DNA of 21,081 bases from a bacterium (GTDB lineage Bacteria > Muiribacteriota > UBA6191). The notes under the pieces were generated by a model that was not told the origin of the DNA, ran no database searches, and saw only the letters and a list, made by a program, of their open reading frames with translations. The DNA lies in assembly GCA_036339875.1 (NCBI GenBank), contig JAYZAC010000200.1:1-21081 (forward strand), read 5' to 3'. Position numbers and translations under genes: made by a program. This document shows, one piece after another, positions 17,283-21,081 of the stretch. Each line of letters opens with the position of its first letter. The first letter of the stretch is position 1.

Positions 17283-18465
17283 ATTCATAATCTATTATTT
17301 ATGTTTTGCATTTATAATCTATCAAAACCTGTTAAGTTTAGAGCAGGGTAATGTATTACGTACTACGTATCAGTTTTCTCGATGGCCTTCTGAATTAACT
17401 CCTCACAAGAAAGGATCATTTCATAGCAGTCAATGGAACCTCCGTCATTGGTTGAAAGATTCAGAAGAATTTCATGAATGGTCTTGGGAATTCGCATTTG
17501 AAACTAGCAGCAGTTTCCAAAGCCTAGCTGGAGCAGGTTTTCAAAATACCACAGAGTCACCCCTACGCCTGTTTGATATGCATAGTGAATTCAGAAATAG
17601 TACTACCTCAAAACAGACAATCTCCATCGATCGCTTTTGGTATCACTGGCGTTATAAAGATTTTGACATAACATTGGGTAGGCAAGCCATAGGTCTTGGC
17701 ACATCTCATTTTATAAGTGTGTTAGATATCATGGCTCCTTTTGTGCCGGGTACTCTAGATTCTACTTACCGCCCAGGTGTAGACGCTATAAGAATACAAA
17801 CTGCCTATGGTGAGAGTGGCGAACGAGATTTTATTGCGGCTTTTTCACCTGAAGAATCAATGCATTCTTTTTTGTATAGACAAAGATTGCTGCGGGGTAA
17901 CTATGACTTTGAAAGTATAATTGGTCGCGTCTATGAACGAAATTTTTTAGGTTTTGGCTTTGAGGGCTCCAAGGGAAGGGTTGGTCAATGGGGAGAGCTA
18001 GCATTTTTTGAGCGTAAAAATTCAGAAATGCTTCGTACTGGTTCAGAAAAATTCGCGTTTTCTGCGGTTTTTGGTTTGGAATATTTTTTAAGCGATGGAC
18101 GTGAATGGGGAATTTCATATTTTCATCAAGATTTCGGTGCGAGTGATGGATTACAACGCTTAAATTTAATAACTGAACCCATTGCAAATCAAGGTTGGTT
18201 GACACTAAGTGGTAGGAACTATGCTCACTTAAGATTCTCGCATTTGATAAGACCTCTTGTGAAAGCAAACTATAACGCAGTATTTAATCTTCAAGATAGC
18301 TCAGGATTTTATCAACCGCGAGTAGATGTAAACTTAAGAGATAATATTAATCTCTCCATATTCGCCTGGATTACGTCGGGAAAATCTAGCTCCAATCAAA
18401 TTGTAAGCAGTGAATTCGGTTCTATGGCAAATGGTGTAGGTCTATTTCTACAGTATTATTTCTAG
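17260..18465 (+). CDS. Putative outer-membrane beta-barrel protein
   Basis: N-terminal hydrophobic segment; IDRFW..W...DITLGRQAIGLG and RPGVDAIR motifs; alternating aromatic strands; C-terminal LQYYF. Start is 17248 or 17260. Confidence 0.75.
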   Translation: MRIYTAIKFIIYYLCFAFIIYQNLLSLEQGNVLRTTYQFSRWPSELTPHKKGSFHSSQWNLRHWLKDSEEFHEWSWEFAFETSSSFQSLAGAGFQNTTESPLRLFDMHSEFRNSTTSKQTISIDRFWYHWRYKDFDITLGRQAIGLGTSHFISVLDIMAPFVPGTLDSTYRPGVDAIRIQTAYGESGERDFIAAFSPEESMHSFLYRQRLLRGNYDFESIIGRVYERNFLGFGFEGSKGRVGQWGELAFFERKNSEMLRTGSEKFAFSAVFGLEYFLSDGREWGISYFHQDFGASDGLQRLNLITEPIANQGWLTLSGRNYAHLRFSHLIRPLVKANYNAVFNLQDSSGFYQPRVDVNLRDNINLSIFAWITSGKSSSNQIVSSEFGSMANGVGLFLQYYF

Positions 18466-18473
18466 ACGTTTAC

Positions 18474-18502
18474 TTGACCCACATAGATTACACTGCCATA
18501 TT
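18474..18502 (+). promoter_or_regulatory. Sigma70-type promoter TTGACC-N17-CATATT with TGn extension
   Basis: -35 at 18474-18479, exactly 17-nt spacer, -10 at 18497-18502; predicted +1 falls at or near the A of ATG 18509. Confidence 0.6.
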
Positions 18503-18508
18503 TGTGTA

Positions 18509-19261
18509 ATGAGATTTTTTCTCTCTTTATTTTATATTATGACTCTGAATTCGTGTTTTGCAGCAACTCTTGTTTGGGTTGGCCCTCCAAAAGATCCCAC
18601 CACTGAAAGTCTTTTAATGTCACTAGCTCAATATAAAATCAAATTGGTACATGTTATACCTAACCGCAAGCTTAACTCTTTAGAGGCGCTCTTAAAGGAT
18701 CTATATCAGCAACTCAACAAACATACAAAATCTGAAACTGCCATTGCTTATGCTGGTTATCGTCAAGATGGTTTCTTAGCCTATTTACTGCATGAAAAAA
18801 GTCCAACTCCTAACAAAACCTTCGCATTAGGTAGTTTTTCAACCGCCATGGAATTAGTAAGGTTAGGAATGGATTCTATCAACGACCCGCATACACGTAA
18901 TAATTACAGACGTATTACCGGTGAATATGAAAAACTCTTATTTTGTCGATTATCAAAATGCCTAAAAAAGGCTCACAAATATAGCCCGGGTAACTTGTAT
19001 CGATCGTTTAATCCTCGACCACCACTGCTTTTAGTTCAAGGCGACAGTGACCCTTTCATGCCATTAAAGCAAATGACTCGTTACCTAACAAATAATCCAC
19101 TACTAAGTATAGAGAATTTTATAATTCCAGATGGAACTGAAGATAGTCGAACTGCAAGAACTCTGCATCGATTTACATATTTCTTAGGACAATCACTGCA
19201 AAAATTTTTAGATAAGACAGCCAATCGAAACGCTCCCGAAAATAGTCCATTTGTGAATTAA
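18509..19261 (+). CDS. Secreted alpha/beta-hydrolase-fold protein with degenerate catalytic motifs
   Basis: Signal peptide; AYAGYRQDGFLA at the nucleophile-elbow position; PPLLLVQGDSDPFMP acid motif. Confidence 0.65.
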   Translation: MRFFLSLFYIMTLNSCFAATLVWVGPPKDPTTESLLMSLAQYKIKLVHVIPNRKLNSLEALLKDLYQQLNKHTKSETAIAYAGYRQDGFLAYLLHEKSPTPNKTFALGSFSTAMELVRLGMDSINDPHTRNNYRRITGEYEKLLFCRLSKCLKKAHKYSPGNLYRSFNPRPPLLLVQGDSDPFMPLKQMTRYLTNNPLLSIENFIIPDGTEDSRTARTLHRFTYFLGQSLQKFLDKTANRNAPENSPFVN

Positions 19262-19262
19262 T

Positions 19263-19835
19263 ATGACTTGTTATTTATGTTCTCAAAATCTGGACTCTGA
19301 ATCGCATACCTCTAATGGTATGACCATTTGCGGCAAATGTATAAAACGATTTGGTATTGTGAAAGAAGAATGGAACCCTGCATTTATGGAGGAGCTTCGT
19401 TCCGTAGTTTTTGGTTATAAAACTAATTATCGCTGCCCCCAATGTTGGGAATCAGTTCGCTTTCGAGGTATTTATCCCAGAGTATTACAATGTCAAGAAA
19501 CCAAACAATTAGTTCACAAAGAATGCGGTAAATTTGACTCTAATGGAAGATTTTTAATGCTCAACGAGTACGTTCAAGTTCAGGGCGAGCAAGCACCGGA
19601 TGCGCCACCCAATGATCGTTGTAAAGCCTGCCATAGTCCCGTCGACACTGAAGGTGATAAACGATTCAACAATCATTTAATTGAGTGTATTCACTGTTCC
19701 ACAGGGCTTTGTTCTAGATGCTGTCGCGATAGCACCATTGTTGACGGCAAAGTAGTTATCTGCACAGTTTGCCCAGCGGCTAAACCAGAAGGTATCATAT
19801 CTAGAGTGTACAAAAAACTTACGGGCCGCCAATAA
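19263..19835 (+). CDS. Cys-rich multi-zinc-finger protein with a C-terminal FYVE/PHD-like C8 domain
   Basis: 17 Cys in 190 aa: seven CxxC pairs plus one HxxC. Confidence 0.8.
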   Translation: MTCYLCSQNLDSESHTSNGMTICGKCIKRFGIVKEEWNPAFMEELRSVVFGYKTNYRCPQCWESVRFRGIYPRVLQCQETKQLVHKECGKFDSNGRFLMLNEYVQVQGEQAPDAPPNDRCKACHSPVDTEGDKRFNNHLIECIHCSTGLCSRCCRDSTIVDGKVVICTVCPAAKPEGIISRVYKKLTGRQ

Positions 19836-19843
19836 GCAAAAAA

Positions 19844-20437
19844 ATGAGTAATTCCACAATCTGGTGTGCGCCATGACTGTCAGGAAACGTTATAGATACT
19901 ATAAGATCTCTTCAAGTTTTAATTGATAATCTCAATGCTGTAGGCAGAGATGTACAAGGTCTACATGAGTGCCTAGAAAAGGCTAATTTTGGATTAGATG
20001 AATTAAAGAGTTTTCTATATTTTGAAATTGGTAGCTACACCCGAAATCTTATTTATCGCAATGAATATTATGAGATGATGGCAATTTGTTGGGGCATAGG
20101 GCATCACACACCGATTCACGATCATAATGGCCAAGAAGGTTGGATCAAAGTTATTGATGGAATGGTAGAAGAATCTCTCTATAAAGTGAACATGATCGAT
20201 GAGGATTCATTCACGGCAGAACTACTCAAAGCTGATCAATTCACAAAAGGTGCAGTGAGCCATGTTAATGACGAAATTGCTTTTCATAGTATAAGAAATC
20301 TCAACCAAGGTCGCTCAGTTACATTACATCTCTACAGTTTACCAATTAATCAATGTCATATTTATGATACTAAATCAGGTAAACGAGGGGTGAAAATCAT
20401 GAGTAATTACACTGAATATGGGATCAAGATTTCATGA
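19844..20437 (+). CDS. Cysteine dioxygenase (cupin) with an in-frame TGA at codon 11; candidate selenoprotein, 197 aa
   Basis: Frame from ATG 19844: MSNSTIWCAP[TGA]LSGNVID...SYTRNLIYRNEYYEMMAICWGIGHHTPIHDH...FHSIRN...VTLHLYSLP. CDO motifs are YTRN, HDH, the third His and LHLY. YTRN lies upstream of the ORF-track start at 20075. The CDO call is firm; Sec readthrough is inferred. Confidence 0.85.
19890..19904 (+). other. Candidate bacterial SECIS-like hairpin
   Basis: TTATAG-ATA-CTATAA (or a 5-bp stem with loop GATAC); 18 nt separate the TGA from G19895. AT-rich and weak. Confidence 0.35.
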
Positions 20438-20466
20438 AAGAGTAAGAGGCCGCCACCCTGACGGCC
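20436..20466 (-). terminator. Putative intrinsic terminator between convergent genes
   Basis: The minus strand reads GGCCGTCA-GGG-TGGCGGCC (8 bp with one G-U pair), followed by TCTTACTCTTTC. Confidence 0.5.
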
Positions 20467-20489
20467 CCATGCAGTTGAACGTTTGCTAA

Positions 20490-21080
20490 CTACCTCCCTA
20501 GTGCAGTTGCTAGGTCAGGGATTTCTTCACTCCCTGAAGTATCGGCGGAAGCGACGCGACGCTCCCGAATCTTATCCCGTTCTTTGGCAGGGTCTAGATC
20601 CGCTGCGAAATTATCAAATGTTTGTACTGCGTTTTTACTTTCGTTGTTAGCAAGAATAACGGTTCCAGTGGCTGTTATAAGATCATCTTTGGTTTGAGTA
20701 TCTGTGCTGTTGGCGTCAGTATCTGTAGACACATCGTTATCCTTATCATCAGCGTCATCATTATTATCTTTATCTTTGGTATCATTTACATCAATGTCCT
20801 GATCGTTAGCATTATCTTGATCAACTTCAGCTTGCTCGTTATTATTTACGTCAGTGTTTTCTGTGTTTTCGATATTATCAACTACTGCACCATCATTCTG
20901 ATCTGCATTGTTAATCTGATCTAAGGTTACGTTTGGGTCGATGTTTTGACCAAATGCGGGTTGACCCTCGTTCATATCTTGATCAGCCATCATTTGTGGT
21001 TCCTCAATTTGTTGCTCGTCTTGAGGGTCACCAGCTGCATTACCGCCCATATTTCCACCACCACATCCTGTAATAACAAC
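20490..21080 (-). CDS. Acidic low-complexity lipoprotein; 5' end outside window
   Basis: The frame stays open to the window edge: VVITG-C-GGGNMGGN (lipobox ITGC, Cys codon 21065-21063), followed by D/N/Q/E-rich sequence. Confidence 0.8.
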   Translation of the reverse strand, partial: VVITGCGGGNMGGNAAGDPQDEQQIEEPQMMADQDMNEGQPAFGQNIDPNVTLDQINNADQNDGAVVDNIENTENTDVNNNEQAEVDQDNANDQDIDVNDTKDKDNNDDADDKDNDVSTDTDANSTDTQTKDDLITATGTVILANNESKNAVQTFDNFAADLDPAKERDKIRERRVASADTSGSEEIPDLATALGR

Positions 21081-21081
21081 T

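Noticed and set aside
81..19874. Short overlapping ORF-track entries (81-266, 340-528, 664-846, 1602-1826, 1779-2012, 2315-2539, 3911-4099, 5128-5454, 7004-7273, 7577-7831, 8713-8922, 13241-13456, 13916-14104, 15359-15547, 16150-16551, 17831-18268, 19677-19874)
   Set aside because: They lie within or antisense to better-supported genes and show no recognisable motifs.
19874..19876. Genome-wide TGA reassignment (code 4 or 25) as the explanation of the in-frame TGA
   Set aside because: TGA is the evident stop of several genes here (ending 1136, 3661, 14078, 15347, 20437), and the long ORFs contain no internal TGA.
20075..20437. ORF-track 120-aa version of the CDO
   Set aside because: It omits the conserved YTRN strand and N-terminal helices, which are encoded in frame upstream.
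20622..20924. Hydrophobic Ile-rich 100-aa ORF on the + strand
   Set aside because: Antisense shadow of the GAT/AAT-rich acidic lipoprotein gene.

Overview
Gene-dense, AT-rich bacterial chromosomal window (standard code 11). I saw no rRNA, tRNA, CRISPR array or mobile element. In order: 3' end of hemB; an ABC-2 type exporter (ATPase + two permeases); three hypothetical proteins, including a tandem DUF3592-like membrane protein and a 1088-aa secreted coiled-coil protein; two related small basic secreted proteins; a minus-strand NhaC-family transporter / class C beta-lactamase-like serine hydrolase / small Cys-lipoprotein unit; a small ParB/sulfiredoxin-fold protein; a stand-alone response regulator; a LolA-like + 2x FtsX/LolE + LolD + putative outer-membrane barrel operon; a three-gene operon (degenerate alpha/beta-hydrolase, multi-zinc-finger protein, cysteine dioxygenase); and a partial acidic lipoprotein. 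Top finding: the cysteine dioxygenase frame extends upstream of the ORF-track start to ATG 19844 and passes through one in-frame TGA (19874-19876) in a thioredoxin-like W-C-A-P-[TGA] motif, followed by a small hairpin at SECIS-like distance. This makes it a candidate selenoprotein: a CDO with an N-terminal CxxU motif. All family calls are from motif recognition by eye, not database searches.
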